Shown here: positions 1 to 8,123 of the stretch, in pieces | How the letters are laid out: every line of letters starts with the position of its first letter | Numbering within the stretch: the stretch's first letter is position 1 | Assembly: GCA_026414185.1 (NCBI GenBank) | Contig: JAOAJL010000002.1 | Location: 11,075 to 75,074, forward strand | DNA length: 64,000 nucleotides | DNA from: Candidatus Micrarchaeota archaeon | GTDB taxonomy: Archaea; Micrarchaeota; Micrarchaeia; Anstonellales; Anstonellaceae | Direction: 5' to 3' | Program-made: the position numbers and the translations under genes | The notes under the pieces: model-generated | The model's database searches: none | Seen by the model: the letters and a program-made list of their open reading frames with translations, nothing else | Told to the model about the DNA's origin: nothing

Positions 1-422
1 TTTATGGTCACATGCCCGTAGCCTGGCGGGACAATAAAGCAGTCGCCTTTTTTTGCTGAAAGCAAAACAGCATCCTCAACCCCCAGTTGCGAGACCTTCT
101 GCAAAAGGAAGTGGCAGCTTCCTGAAAGCACCTCGTAAAGCTCGCTCCAGGCGGCTCCGTCCTTGGATGGCGGATGGGCGTGCCCAAAAGTCTTGTTCCT
201 CTCCCCGCACAGATTCACAGGCAGAATCCTTGTGATGTCGTAGCGCAGGGAGGAAAAGCGCTTGACCTGCCTGTACATATAGTAAAGCGGAGCATCGGGC
301 AGAAGCCCGCAGTCGCGTTCAGGGAAGGCAAGAACCTCTCTCATCTGCGAAAAGGTGCGCACCGAGGGGCTGAATTTTTTTCCGCCGAAAGCCAGCTGTG
401 CTCCTTCAAAAGCATATTCCAT
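1..422 (-). CDS. pgiA: cupin-type glucose-6-phosphate isomerase (archaeal cPGI); C-terminus cut by window edge
   Basis: Absent from ORF track because it runs off the window. My reverse-complement translation from ATG (422-420) reads MEYAFEGAQLAFGGKKFSPSVRTFSQMREVL...LCGERNKTFGHAHPPSKDGAAWSELYEVLSGSCHFLLQKV...KKGDCFIVPPGYGHVTI. The G-H-x-H, E-x-Y and PP-x-x-x-H cupin metal motifs occur in the order and spacing of Pyrococcus-type PGI. Confidence 0.7.
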   Translation of the reverse strand, partial: MEYAFEGAQLAFGGKKFSPSVRTFSQMREVLAFPERDCGLLPDAPLYYMYRQVKRFSSLRYDITRILPVNLCGERNKTFGHAHPPSKDGAAWSELYEVLSGSCHFLLQKVSQLGVEDAVLLSAKKGDCFIVPPGYGHVTI

Positions 423-432
423 CGCAATCCCC

Positions 433-936
433 TCAGCCCATTTTCCTGCCGCGCAGGCTTCTTTTCGGCTTTCTCCTGCAGATGCCCTCGCTTTTCTGCT
501 TGAAGGAGTCAATCTCCTCCTTTATGGGAACAGCCTGCAGGCAGAGAAGCCGGCGCCCCCTGTGAAAAGCAAGCTTCTCCTTTTTCAGCTTCTCCGAAAC
601 AAGGTAAAGGAAGTTCGCAAAGTCCGCCAGGTCCAAATCATACTCAGCCGCAATCTTTTCGCATTTCTGGATGAGCTTTACCGTATCAACAAGCAGCTTG
701 GGGTCAATCCTGCCCTCGCGGCTTGCCTGCCTTATCCTGTCCATCAAAAGAAGGCGGCTCATCTGAAGCTCCTTGAGCAGCCTCCTTAGCTTCCCCCTCT
801 TTTCCCCTATTGATATCTGAAAGTCAGCCGAAAGCTGCACGACGGTTTCCCATGAGACCTCGCCCAAATTCTCGGAAACCTGCGCAGGCAGGCAGTAGCG
901 GGCGGAGAAAGGCAGGTCATGCGGTTTTTGCGGCAT
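433..936 (-). CDS. hypothetical protein (Lys/Glu/Arg-rich, probably helical)
   Basis: 167-aa ORF. ATG at 936 lies about 34 nt from a palindromic TATA-like element (CTTTATAAG, 966-974) shared with divergent herA. Its stop is 11 nt before the pgiA start, so it is probably co-transcribed. No family recognised. Confidence 0.5.
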   Translation of the reverse strand: MPQKPHDLPFSARYCLPAQVSENLGEVSWETVVQLSADFQISIGEKRGKLRRLLKELQMSRLLLMDRIRQASREGRIDPKLLVDTVKLIQKCEKIAAEYDLDLADFANFLYLVSEKLKKEKLAFHRGRRLLCLQAVPIKEEIDSFKQKSEGICRRKPKRSLRGRKMG

Positions 937-965
937 TCCAATCAGAGGAAGCCTTCTCCGATTCG

Positions 966-974
966 CTTTATAAG
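966..974. promoter_or_regulatory. palindromic TATA-like element shared by divergent genes
   Basis: CTTTATAAG lies about 34 nt from minus ATG 936 and about 35 nt from plus ATG 1005. Confidence 0.45.
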
Positions 975-1004
975 TTTAAGCGGGATTTGTTCTGCGGGAA
1001 AAGA

Positions 1005-2528
1005 ATGGAAAAGCGCGAGCTTGGCACAGTAATCTCCACGCAGGACGGACCGACGACAATCTCCTTTTGCTTTGTGATTTCTGACCGGTCCGTGCGCAAG
1101 GGGCAGTTTGTGAAGGTCGGCCTTGAGTCCGGCGGTTTCGCGCTTGGCTCAATAACCGAGATAACAAGGGCTAACCGCTACTTTGAGAGAGCGGAGTCGG
1201 TCGCGGAATATGAGCGCAACATACAAATGGCAGAAAGCTTCCCCACAAGCGAATGGGAGTATGTGGTCGCAAACGTGCGGGTTTACGGGATTTTCGCAGA
1301 CGAGGGCTCCCCTATCGCAAGAAGCACCTTTCCCGTAGCGCCAGGCGCGAAAGTGCTTGAGGCTGAGCCAGGGCTTCTTGAGAAGTTCCTTTTTTTTGAC
1401 AGGAAGGGGCTTCACATTGGGCAGCTGCAGCACCATCCCATTGAGGCTCGGCTCTCCATGGGGAAGCTTTTCGGGAAGCACCTGGCGATACTTGCGATGT
1501 CTGGGAGCGGCAAGTCTTATCTGACCTCTGTGATGATAGAGGAGCTTCTTGAGCGCAAAAGCGAAGATGGGCGGCTTGCCATGGTGGTCATTGACAGCCA
1601 CGGAGAGTATTCGGGCTTCCGCTCCACCCGATACGGGCGGCAGGTTGAGGTCGTTTCAGGAAAGAGGTTCAAAATCGCCTTCCGGAGGGTTTCGCCGCAC
1701 CAGCTTGCCGAATGGATGCCCGAGGCATCCGCCCCTCAGATGCGCGAGCTTGTCCCTATAATGCAGCTGCTCAGGAAAGAGAAAAAGGAAAAGCAGGAGG
1801 GCTATCTTCTTTCAGACCTTATGCAGCGGGTGGAGGCGTGCGGGGAGGAAAAGAAAAGCAGCGTCTTTAGGCCTCTTCTTTCCTGGCTTTCAGAGCTTGC
1901 GCGCCTTAAGCTTTTCTCAACGTCTGATTTTCCGAAGCTTGAAGAAGCGGTCCAGCCAGGCAGGCTTGTCGTGATTGACCTGTCAGACACCGAGAACATG
2001 AGAAAGAAGCAGATAATCGTCAGCTATCTTGCCAGGAGGCTGTTCAGGCTGCGCAAGAAGGGCAAAATTCCCCCCTTTGTGCTGTTTCTTGAGGAGGCGC
2101 ACAACTTTGCCCCTGAAAAAGCGGAAAAGTCAAGCGCGCTTGCCAAGGGAGCCATAACGGCAATAGCAAGGGAGGGCAGGAAATTCGGCTCATGCCTCTG
2201 CCTGATTTCCCAGCGGCCTGTTCATCTTGCTACCACCGTGCTTGCGCAGTGCAACACAAACATCATACTTCGCATCACCAATCCCTATGACATAGAGCAC
2301 ATCGGGGAAAGCTGCGAAGGCATTGACAGGAACATGCTTGATTCCATAACAACCCTGCGTGTCGGAGAAGCGATGGTCATAGGCGAGGCAGTCGGAGCGC
2401 CTGTTTTCATCCAGGTAAGGAAAAGAAAAAGCGAGCTTGTCTGCAAGGGAAAGGACTTGCAGGAGGAGGCTGTGCGCTTTGAGGAGGAGAAAAAGAAGAA
2501 AAAGCAGGACGTGGAAGCATTTTTGTAG
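1005..2528 (+). CDS. herA: HerA-type (COG0433/DUF87) hexameric ATPase/helicase
   Basis: ORF 810-2528. The first 65 codons are Arg/Pro/Ala-rich and span the divergent promoter, so I start at ATG 1005 (MEKRELGTVISTQDGPTTISF..., HAS-barrel-like N-domain). Walker A is LAMSGSGKSY and Walker B is FVLFLEEAHNF. Confidence 0.85.
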   Translation: MEKRELGTVISTQDGPTTISFCFVISDRSVRKGQFVKVGLESGGFALGSITEITRANRYFERAESVAEYERNIQMAESFPTSEWEYVVANVRVYGIFADEGSPIARSTFPVAPGAKVLEAEPGLLEKFLFFDRKGLHIGQLQHHPIEARLSMGKLFGKHLAILAMSGSGKSYLTSVMIEELLERKSEDGRLAMVVIDSHGEYSGFRSTRYGRQVEVVSGKRFKIAFRRVSPHQLAEWMPEASAPQMRELVPIMQLLRKEKKEKQEGYLLSDLMQRVEACGEEKKSSVFRPLLSWLSELARLKLFSTSDFPKLEEAVQPGRLVVIDLSDTENMRKKQIIVSYLARRLFRLRKKGKIPPFVLFLEEAHNFAPEKAEKSSALAKGAITAIAREGRKFGSCLCLISQRPVHLATTVLAQCNTNIILRITNPYDIEHIGESCEGIDRNMLDSITTLRVGEAMVIGEAVGAPVFIQVRKRKSELVCKGKDLQEEAVRFEEEKKKKKQDVEAFL

Positions 2529-2552
2529 CTTCATCGGGAAAAGGCGTCTGGG

Positions 2553-3500
2553 GTGTTTCTTATGGATGCCATCGGCGGTCTTTCAAGCGAGGTCAGGCGT
2601 GACCTGTTCGGCAGGAAGGTAGTCATTACTGTTTCGCGGGGAGCAAGGCCAAAGGAATTTGCCGCCGCTGAAAAGCCGAAGAAGACCGTGCCGCCGCAAA
2701 AGTGCGTCTTTTGCCCTGGCAATGAGCATCTCACCCCCCCGGAGATAGACAGGCACGAGGTAGGCGGAAGGTGGGAAATAAGGGTATTCCCAAACAAGTT
2801 TCCCGCCTTTGTCCCCGAAAGCAAAAGCGCATACGGAAGGCACGAAGTCATAGTGGAAACCCCAGACCACCAAGCAACGCTTTCGGAGCTTTCAGAGCAG
2901 AACCTCTTTGATTATCTCTCAATGCTCCAAAAAAGGATGGAAGACGCGCTCAAAGACCCTCACCTTGCCTACACCTGCATATTCAAAAACGAGGGAAAGG
3001 CGGCTGGCGCCTCGCTGGAGCACTCGCATACCCAGCTTTGCGGAATGCCCTTTGTGCCGGCGTTTGTCAAAAAAATCGCCAAAAAGAAAATCCAGCGCAT
3101 GCTTTCGCACAAGAGACTTTATGTATGTGAAAATGAGTCCTTTGCCGCAGTATGCCCCAAGGCAAGCCGTTTTCACTTTGAGGTCTGGCTTGTGCCGAAG
3201 TTTGAGGCAAACTCGCTTCATACAATCCCGCAGGAGAGGCTTTTCCACCTTGCCAAAATCATGAAGGCGGTTCTTGGCGCGGTTGATGCCGCAACATCCT
3301 ATTCCCCCTATAACATAGTCTATCATTCTGCCCCGCATGGCGGTGGCGCCTTCCCGTTCCATATCCAGATTCTCCCTCGGCTATCAACATGGGCAGGCTT
3401 TGAGCTTGCAACCGAGATAGTGATGGTTTCGCAAAAGCCTGAGGACTCCGCGAAAATCCTCTCTGGGCTTATAGCCGGCAGCAGTGGCAGCAGGCATTAA
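2553..3500 (+). CDS. galT: galactose-1-phosphate uridylyltransferase-like HIT-family nucleotidyltransferase
   Basis: 315 aa. Carries the CVFCPGNEH zinc motif and the HSHTQL (H-x-H-x-Q) active-site motif. Starts 25 nt after the herA stop. Confidence 0.8.
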   Translation: MFLMDAIGGLSSEVRRDLFGRKVVITVSRGARPKEFAAAEKPKKTVPPQKCVFCPGNEHLTPPEIDRHEVGGRWEIRVFPNKFPAFVPESKSAYGRHEVIVETPDHQATLSELSEQNLFDYLSMLQKRMEDALKDPHLAYTCIFKNEGKAAGASLEHSHTQLCGMPFVPAFVKKIAKKKIQRMLSHKRLYVCENESFAAVCPKASRFHFEVWLVPKFEANSLHTIPQERLFHLAKIMKAVLGAVDAATSYSPYNIVYHSAPHGGGAFPFHIQILPRLSTWAGFELATEIVMVSQKPEDSAKILSGLIAGSSGSRH

Positions 3501-3575
3501 TGCACATTTTTGCGCCCTGTTACACAGCTTTTTATAACCTTCGCATAGAATTTATGGGAGGAAAGGGCTGAGCCC

Positions 3576-3791
3576 ATGGCAACGCCAACTGCAATAACCC
3601 TTAGCCGACGCCAAAATCCAAAGCAGGCGCTTGAGGAGTATGCCAGAAGAAGAAAGCACATAAGCGACTACTTCCAGCTTCGCCTTTTCCCCAAGCTTGA
3701 GGAAAGGCTTGCGAAAGTGCGGAAAATCAGGAAGATATTGCAGTATTTTGCCCCTCGGCGCACAGACTTGAAAAAGTTCGTCTATGAGTAG
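3576..3791 (+). CDS. small hypothetical protein (71 aa, basic)
   Basis: ORF with a TATA-like box (CTTTTTATAACC, about 3528-3539) upstream. Composition is protein-like. No family recognised. Confidence 0.45.
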   Translation: MATPTAITLSRRQNPKQALEEYARRRKHISDYFQLRLFPKLEERLAKVRKIRKILQYFAPRRTDLKKFVYE

Positions 3792-3803
3792 GGGGATGGC
3801 TTT

Positions 3804-4457
3804 ATGAACAGGTTTGCAGTCCTGGCAGAGGGCTTTGAGAGGCTAAGCTATCCCCTTGGAGCCTGCTCTTCTTATGACAAGCAGGAAATATACTTCAATA
3901 GGGAGGAATATGTCCTTCACAGGCTGGAGGGGGAGGCGCAGGCAAGGATGCTTCTTGGCAGCGCTGATTGGATTTCCAGCCACGCCTCCCTTCCAGTAGG
4001 ATTTGTCCAGAACGCGTCCGGAAGCTTCATAGTCTGCCGGCCAAGGGGCAAGAAACCCTCCTCCTCCGAGATGGACAAAAACCAGCGCAGGGAGTATTCC
4101 CTCGCCGTCATGCTCCGGCTTGCGCAGCTTCATAGCGAGGGCTTCGGCTGCGGAGGAATCTGGCCGCATGAAACATTCTATTTCAGAAAGGAGGTGTTCC
4201 TTTCCAATCCAGCCTCCATATTCGCCCTCTGCGAGCAGGACTCGCTTTTTCACGAGGCGGCAGTCACCCTAAGAAGGCTCCTTTGCGCCGGCTTTGCCAG
4301 CCAAGCCCGGCTCTCCGCCCTTGCCGGCGCCTATCTTTCCCACTCGCCAGTCTGCCGCAATGAAGTGCGCGCTTACCTTGAATCAAAAAAATCAGAAGTC
4401 CTTCCCGCCGAGGCTCTTGCCGCCGCAGCACGAAAATACGCGGCGCTCTTCCTTTGA
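3804..4457 (+). CDS. hypothetical protein (217 aa)
   Basis: Begins 13 nt after the preceding ORF. The stretch LAQLHSEGFGCGGIWPHETFYF faintly resembles the catalytic-loop region of small archaeal kinases but lacks the H-x-D motif. Function not assignable. Confidence 0.55.
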   Translation: MNRFAVLAEGFERLSYPLGACSSYDKQEIYFNREEYVLHRLEGEAQARMLLGSADWISSHASLPVGFVQNASGSFIVCRPRGKKPSSSEMDKNQRREYSLAVMLRLAQLHSEGFGCGGIWPHETFYFRKEVFLSNPASIFALCEQDSLFHEAAVTLRRLLCAGFASQARLSALAGAYLSHSPVCRNEVRAYLESKKSEVLPAEALAAAARKYAALFL

Positions 4458-4461
4458 CGCC

Positions 4462-6765
4462 CTAGCGCTGCAGCTGCACCTCTGTCCAGCGGTTTTTGTT
4501 CTTGTCGCACAGGAGAAGATACACCGTTCCCTCCACGTTTTCAGCAAGCGCGGAGTCATGCGTTATGACAATCGTCTGCTCCACAACAGAGGGTATCTTC
4601 CTGCTTATTGCCTCTGAGAGCATGCCGACCGCCTCAGAGTCAAGGTTGTGGGTGGGCTCGTCAAGAATAAGGATGCCTATGTCCGGCGTGAGGACCGCCG
4701 CGAACGCTATCCTGAGGCTGAGGCAGAAGCAGGCGCGCTCTCCCCCGGATGCGACAGCATCAACATCCTTCCACTGCCCGCCCTTTTCCATGATGAAGCG
4801 GTAGTCCTTCTCATCAGCAGAAAGCATAACCCCGCCGTAGTCGGAGTAGGGATAAATTGAGGGCCAGATTTCGCGGAGGGCGGAGTTTATCTCCTCCACC
4901 AGGCTTGCGCGAAGCTCGGACTGGGCGGCGGCAAGCGCATTTTTGTATATTGCCATGCTCTCCGCAGCTCGCGCATATCCCTCAGCGATTCTTTTTCTCT
5001 CATTTATGCGGTCCGCCTCCTTTCTCGCAGAGGCGCAAAGCTCATCCAGCAGCTTTACCTGCGAAGAGACGGAGGAAAGCTCCGAAAAGAGCCGGGAGGA
5101 TTCAAGCCGAGCCTGCTCCGCCTCCTTTCTTGCTCTCTCATAAGCCTCCTCCGAAAAGCCCATTGCAGAAAGCTCCGAGGCAGCCTGCGCATATTTTGAA
5201 ATCGTGGCTTCAAGCGAATCAAACAGCCTCTTTTGAGCCACAAGCTCGTCAAGCGACTTTCTTGCCTTCTTTACTTTCGCGTCAAGCGCCTCAGCTTCCG
5301 CCTCAGCCGCAGAGAATTCCTCTTCAAGCTTTTTTACCTGTTTTTCCTTCTTGGCAATCTCCTGCAGATAGGGCGCCTCATCAACCCCCTCAGCAGAGAG
5401 CTTCTCAAGCTCGGAAGTCAAAAGGGCGGCTTCATAAAGCGCTTTCTGGCATGCCTCCAGCGCTTTTCTCTGCTTTGCCGCCTCCTCCTCCGCTTGCCCC
5501 AGCCTTTCTTTGTTTTGCGAAAGCATCCTTTTCTTTTCAGCGGCTATCTTCTCCTTCTTTTCAGGCGCAAGCTCGCTGCCGCAAACAGGGCAGTTTGCAG
5601 AGGCTGAAGAAAGCGCCTCAAGCGAGGCGGAAATCGCCTTCTGCTCCTCAGAGAGCCGCGCCCTCTCCGCCAAAAGGGAGTCAAGCCTGCCGGCGAGGGT
5701 CCGCAGCTTGGCTTCCATCTCCTCCTTGCCTTTCCCTTCAAGCAGGCTGGCAAGCTGCCTGGAAATCTGCTGAGCTTTTTTCGCCCTCTGGGCTGCGAGC
5801 TTTCTTCCGTTTTCAAGAACTGCAATTTCGCTTTTGACGGCTGAGATGGAGGCGGAAATCTCCTTGAGGCGCAGGCGCGCCTTGAAAACGAGTTTTTCCG
5901 CCTCTTCGTTTTCCTTCTCAAGCCGGCAAATGTCTTCCTCAGACGGCTTGCTTTTGCCGGAAACCTCTTTTTCAAGCCCAACTATTGCGCCTTGCAGGCG
6001 TTCGCACTCGCTCTTCTTTTTCCCGTAGGCTTCCCTTTGCTTTTCCAAGACGCCAAGCCCCTCCTCTTTCTGCGCAACAAACCTCTCCGCCTCAGCCTTC
6101 TGCGCAATGAGCCGCTGCTGCTCCGCCTTCTTCTCCTCAAGGGAGCGGAGGCGTTCGGCAAGCTCCTTTTCAAGCTGCGCAAGCCTCTCCGAATCGGAAG
6201 GGCTGGAAAGCTCCTGCGCCTTTTCAGAAAGACGGTAGTGCGCATTCTGAGCAGATTCGCGCGCCTCGTCAAACTGCCCAAGCCCAAGCAGCCAGTCAAT
6301 CTCAGTCTTCCGCTGGCGGGGGTTGAGGGACAAAAGATAGTCAATTCTGTTTTGCTCCGAGTAAATCGCGCGGGTAAAAAGCTCGTAATCCACGCCAAGC
6401 ACTCCAGCGACATAGTCGCTTGCCGCCTTTGCGCCCTTCTGCACAAGCCTTCCTTCAAGCCGAACTTCCGCCTCATGCGTCCTCTCGCCTATCCTGCGAA
6501 GCACTGCATAGTGCTTGCCATGGGCTTCAAACTCAAGTTCAACAGAAGCAACTTCCGCCTTGCTTGCCATGCTTATCAAATCAGACAGAGACTGGTCGCG
6601 CCTCTGCATTTTCGGGAAAGTCCCATAAAGCGCGAAGCATATCGCATCCAGAACAGAAGACTTGCCCGAGCCCATCCTGCCCAAAAGCACGCTGGTGCCC
6701 TTGCCGAACTTGAAGCTGGATGAAAGGTGCGATTTCCAGTTTGAAAGCGAAAGGGATATCAGCAC
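4462..6765 (-). CDS. rad50: DNA double-strand break repair ATPase Rad50
   Basis: 767 aa. Walker A is GRMGSGKSS. A long coiled coil carries a central CPVCG zinc-hook. The signature is ASGGERACFCLSLR and Walker B/D-loop is ILILDEPTHNLD. GTG start at 6765. Confidence 0.9.
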   Translation of the reverse strand: MLISLSLSNWKSHLSSSFKFGKGTSVLLGRMGSGKSSVLDAICFALYGTFPKMQRRDQSLSDLISMASKAEVASVELEFEAHGKHYAVLRRIGERTHEAEVRLEGRLVQKGAKAASDYVAGVLGVDYELFTRAIYSEQNRIDYLLSLNPRQRKTEIDWLLGLGQFDEARESAQNAHYRLSEKAQELSSPSDSERLAQLEKELAERLRSLEEKKAEQQRLIAQKAEAERFVAQKEEGLGVLEKQREAYGKKKSECERLQGAIVGLEKEVSGKSKPSEEDICRLEKENEEAEKLVFKARLRLKEISASISAVKSEIAVLENGRKLAAQRAKKAQQISRQLASLLEGKGKEEMEAKLRTLAGRLDSLLAERARLSEEQKAISASLEALSSASANCPVCGSELAPEKKEKIAAEKKRMLSQNKERLGQAEEEAAKQRKALEACQKALYEAALLTSELEKLSAEGVDEAPYLQEIAKKEKQVKKLEEEFSAAEAEAEALDAKVKKARKSLDELVAQKRLFDSLEATISKYAQAASELSAMGFSEEAYERARKEAEQARLESSRLFSELSSVSSQVKLLDELCASARKEADRINERKRIAEGYARAAESMAIYKNALAAAQSELRASLVEEINSALREIWPSIYPYSDYGGVMLSADEKDYRFIMEKGGQWKDVDAVASGGERACFCLSLRIAFAAVLTPDIGILILDEPTHNLDSEAVGMLSEAISRKIPSVVEQTIVITHDSALAENVEGTVYLLLCDKNKNRWTEVQLQR

Positions 6766-6794
6766 GAAAAGCCCCCCTCAAAACTAATAGGCGA

Positions 6795-6807
6795 AACTAT
6801 AATTAGG
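6795..6807. promoter_or_regulatory. TATA-like element between divergent rad50 and Mut7-C genes
   Basis: AACTATAATTAGG lies about 30 nt from ATG 6831 and about 36 nt from GTG 6765. Confidence 0.45.
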
Positions 6808-6830
6808 TTCGCCTGCGGCAGAAAATCCAT

Positions 6831-7355
6831 ATGCGGAAAAAAGCCCGCGGCAATGCCGGCGTTGAGGCGTTTATTGCGGATGAGATGCTTGCCAAGCTTG
6901 CTCGCTTCATGCGGATGGCAGGCGTCCGCGTGCTTCACATAAGGGGGATGGATGACGAGAGGATACTGCGGCTTGCCAAAAGCAAGGGCATGCCCCTTCT
7001 GACGTGCGACGAGCAGCTTTGGAAGAGATGCGAAAAGCGGGGCATAAAAAGCCTCCTTCTTTCCGACCAGCCGGTTTTTCACCAGCTTTTGCGCGTCTTT
7101 AGGAGCTTTCAGCTTCCCCCTCCAAGATTTTCCTGCTCAACCCTCTGCCCGCAATGCGGCGGCAGGCTCATAAAAGCGCACAAAAGCACGCTTTCGGCAA
7201 GGGTCTATCCAAGGGTGCTGAAAAAGCGCCGCCTTTTTTGGGAATGCGCAGGCTGCGGCAAGCTCTATTGGAGCGGAACGCACTACGAGAGGGTCCGCAG
7301 GCTCTTTTGGAGGGTAAGAAAGAAGATGGAGGCTAAAATATCTCCTCAAGGCTGA
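6831..7355 (+). CDS. Mut7-C/PIN-like RNase domain protein with C-terminal zinc ribbon (COG1656-like)
   Basis: FIADEMLAKLARFMRMAGVRV... N-domain typical of Mut7-C/DUF82, plus CPQCGG...CAGCGKLYWSGTHY zinc ribbon. Confidence 0.75.
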   Translation: MRKKARGNAGVEAFIADEMLAKLARFMRMAGVRVLHIRGMDDERILRLAKSKGMPLLTCDEQLWKRCEKRGIKSLLLSDQPVFHQLLRVFRSFQLPPPRFSCSTLCPQCGGRLIKAHKSTLSARVYPRVLKKRRLFWECAGCGKLYWSGTHYERVRRLFWRVRKKMEAKISPQG

Positions 7356-7566
7356 CGCAGCGCGCCTTGTAGACCTCAACGTGCCTTCTCCATCGGATAA
7401 AAAACCGGTCGGCAAGCCCCTCGGCAGAGTCATCAACTATTATGACTGATTTCGTTTTTGTGGGATAGGTTGAAAGCAGGCTCTTTTTCAGGTCATAATA
7501 AAATCTGCGCTTTATGCGGTTGTAGTCGCGCAGCTTGGTTTTCAGGTCGTAAAAGTAAATGAGCAT
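7333..7566 (-). CDS. small hypothetical protein (77 aa)
   Basis: ORF convergent with the Mut7-C gene and overlapping it by 23 nt. The pattern MLIYFYDL...YNRIKRRFYYDLKK...SVIIVDD suggests a beta-alpha-beta fold. No secure family. Confidence 0.4.
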   Translation of the reverse strand: MLIYFYDLKTKLRDYNRIKRRFYYDLKKSLLSTYPTKTKSVIIVDDSAEGLADRFFIRWRRHVEVYKARCVSLEEIF

Positions 7567-7610
7567 CCAACTCGGCGTAACTATGGATACATAGCCTTAA
7601 ATCCGTTCCC

Positions 7611-7862
7611 TCACAGCCGGTCCATCGCCTCAACATCCACCTGCCCGACTCCCTTGATGGCGCGTATTTTCTCCTCAAGCCTGTCCGCCCCGCCCTCTCC
7701 GTCAGGGATGATGAATGTCGCGTATATCGCCTTAAGCCCGAATGCGATTTCCTTTTCCTCTGTCTTGACAGGCTTGGCGCTGGAAAAAAGCTCCCGCTTC
7801 ATCTGCTCAAAGCCCTCTGCCTCCTCTGGCATTATCCTGAATGTCACTGCGACAGAGCCCAC
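7611..7862 (-). CDS. translation elongation factor aEF-1 beta
   Basis: 83 aa. MGSVAVTFRIMPEE...EIAFGLKAIYATFIIPDGEGGADRLEEKIRAIKGVGQVDVEAMDRL matches the archaeal EF-1beta pattern throughout. Confidence 0.9.
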   Translation of the reverse strand: MGSVAVTFRIMPEEAEGFEQMKRELFSSAKPVKTEEKEIAFGLKAIYATFIIPDGEGGADRLEEKIRAIKGVGQVDVEAMDRL

Positions 7863-7880
7863 AAAAACACCCCCGGCATT

Positions 7881-8066
7881 CTAAGGTCCAGCCTTTCCGC
7901 ATGAAGGGCAGGAATAAGGCTGCGAAATCTTTCTGCAATGAAAGCAGCGGACTATCTTTTCCCCGCACTCCGGGCAGGGAAATTCCGAGTAGTTTTTTGT
8001 CTGCTTTCCGCAGGTAATGCAGTTCTTCATCATCCTTACGCACCTTTCCGCCGCAATTTGAAGCAA
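7881..8066 (-). CDS. Zn-ribbon RNA-binding protein (COG2888-like), usual neighbour of aEF-1beta
   Basis: Four CxxC pairs: CITCGK...CPECGE...CFHCRK...CPSCGKAGP. The true start is probably the internal ATG at 8033 (MMKNCITCGK). Confidence 0.75.
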   Translation of the reverse strand: MLQIAAERCVRMMKNCITCGKQTKNYSEFPCPECGEKIVRCFHCRKISQPYSCPSCGKAGP

Positions 8067-8123
8067 TATGGTTAAAAGGGTGCCTGCGGCGTCTGCACCA
8101 GCCCATCTTGCCTCGCAAAAAGG

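Noticed and set aside
810-1004. N-terminal extensions of longest ORFs (herA 810; also OFOR-alpha 14217, GDH 20369, NMD3 33737, Lrp 52549, membrane protein 36946, crtYc 12948)
   Set aside because: The extensions are Arg/Pro/Ala/Ser-rich and overlap promoters or neighbouring genes. Internal starts give N-termini matching family consensus, or are preceded by SD or TATA signals.
4857-5837. 326-aa plus-strand ORF (and several others) inside rad50
   Set aside because: It is antisense to a gene with unambiguous Rad50 motifs. The product is Pro/Ala/Arg/Gln-rich and low-complexity, typical of a shadow ORF in GC-rich coding DNA.
6759-7082. 107-aa minus-strand ORF directly upstream of rad50, considered as an Mre11 remnant
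   Set aside because: It has no calcineurin-like phosphoesterase motifs (D-x-H, GDxxD, GNH). It overlaps the well-supported plus-strand Mut7-C gene.
7333-7566. Possible Cas2-like small protein (MLIYFYDL...NRIKRR...SVIIVDD)
   Set aside because: There is only a loose beta-alpha-beta pattern resemblance. No CRISPR array or other cas gene occurs anywhere in the window. It is kept as a hypothetical protein only.
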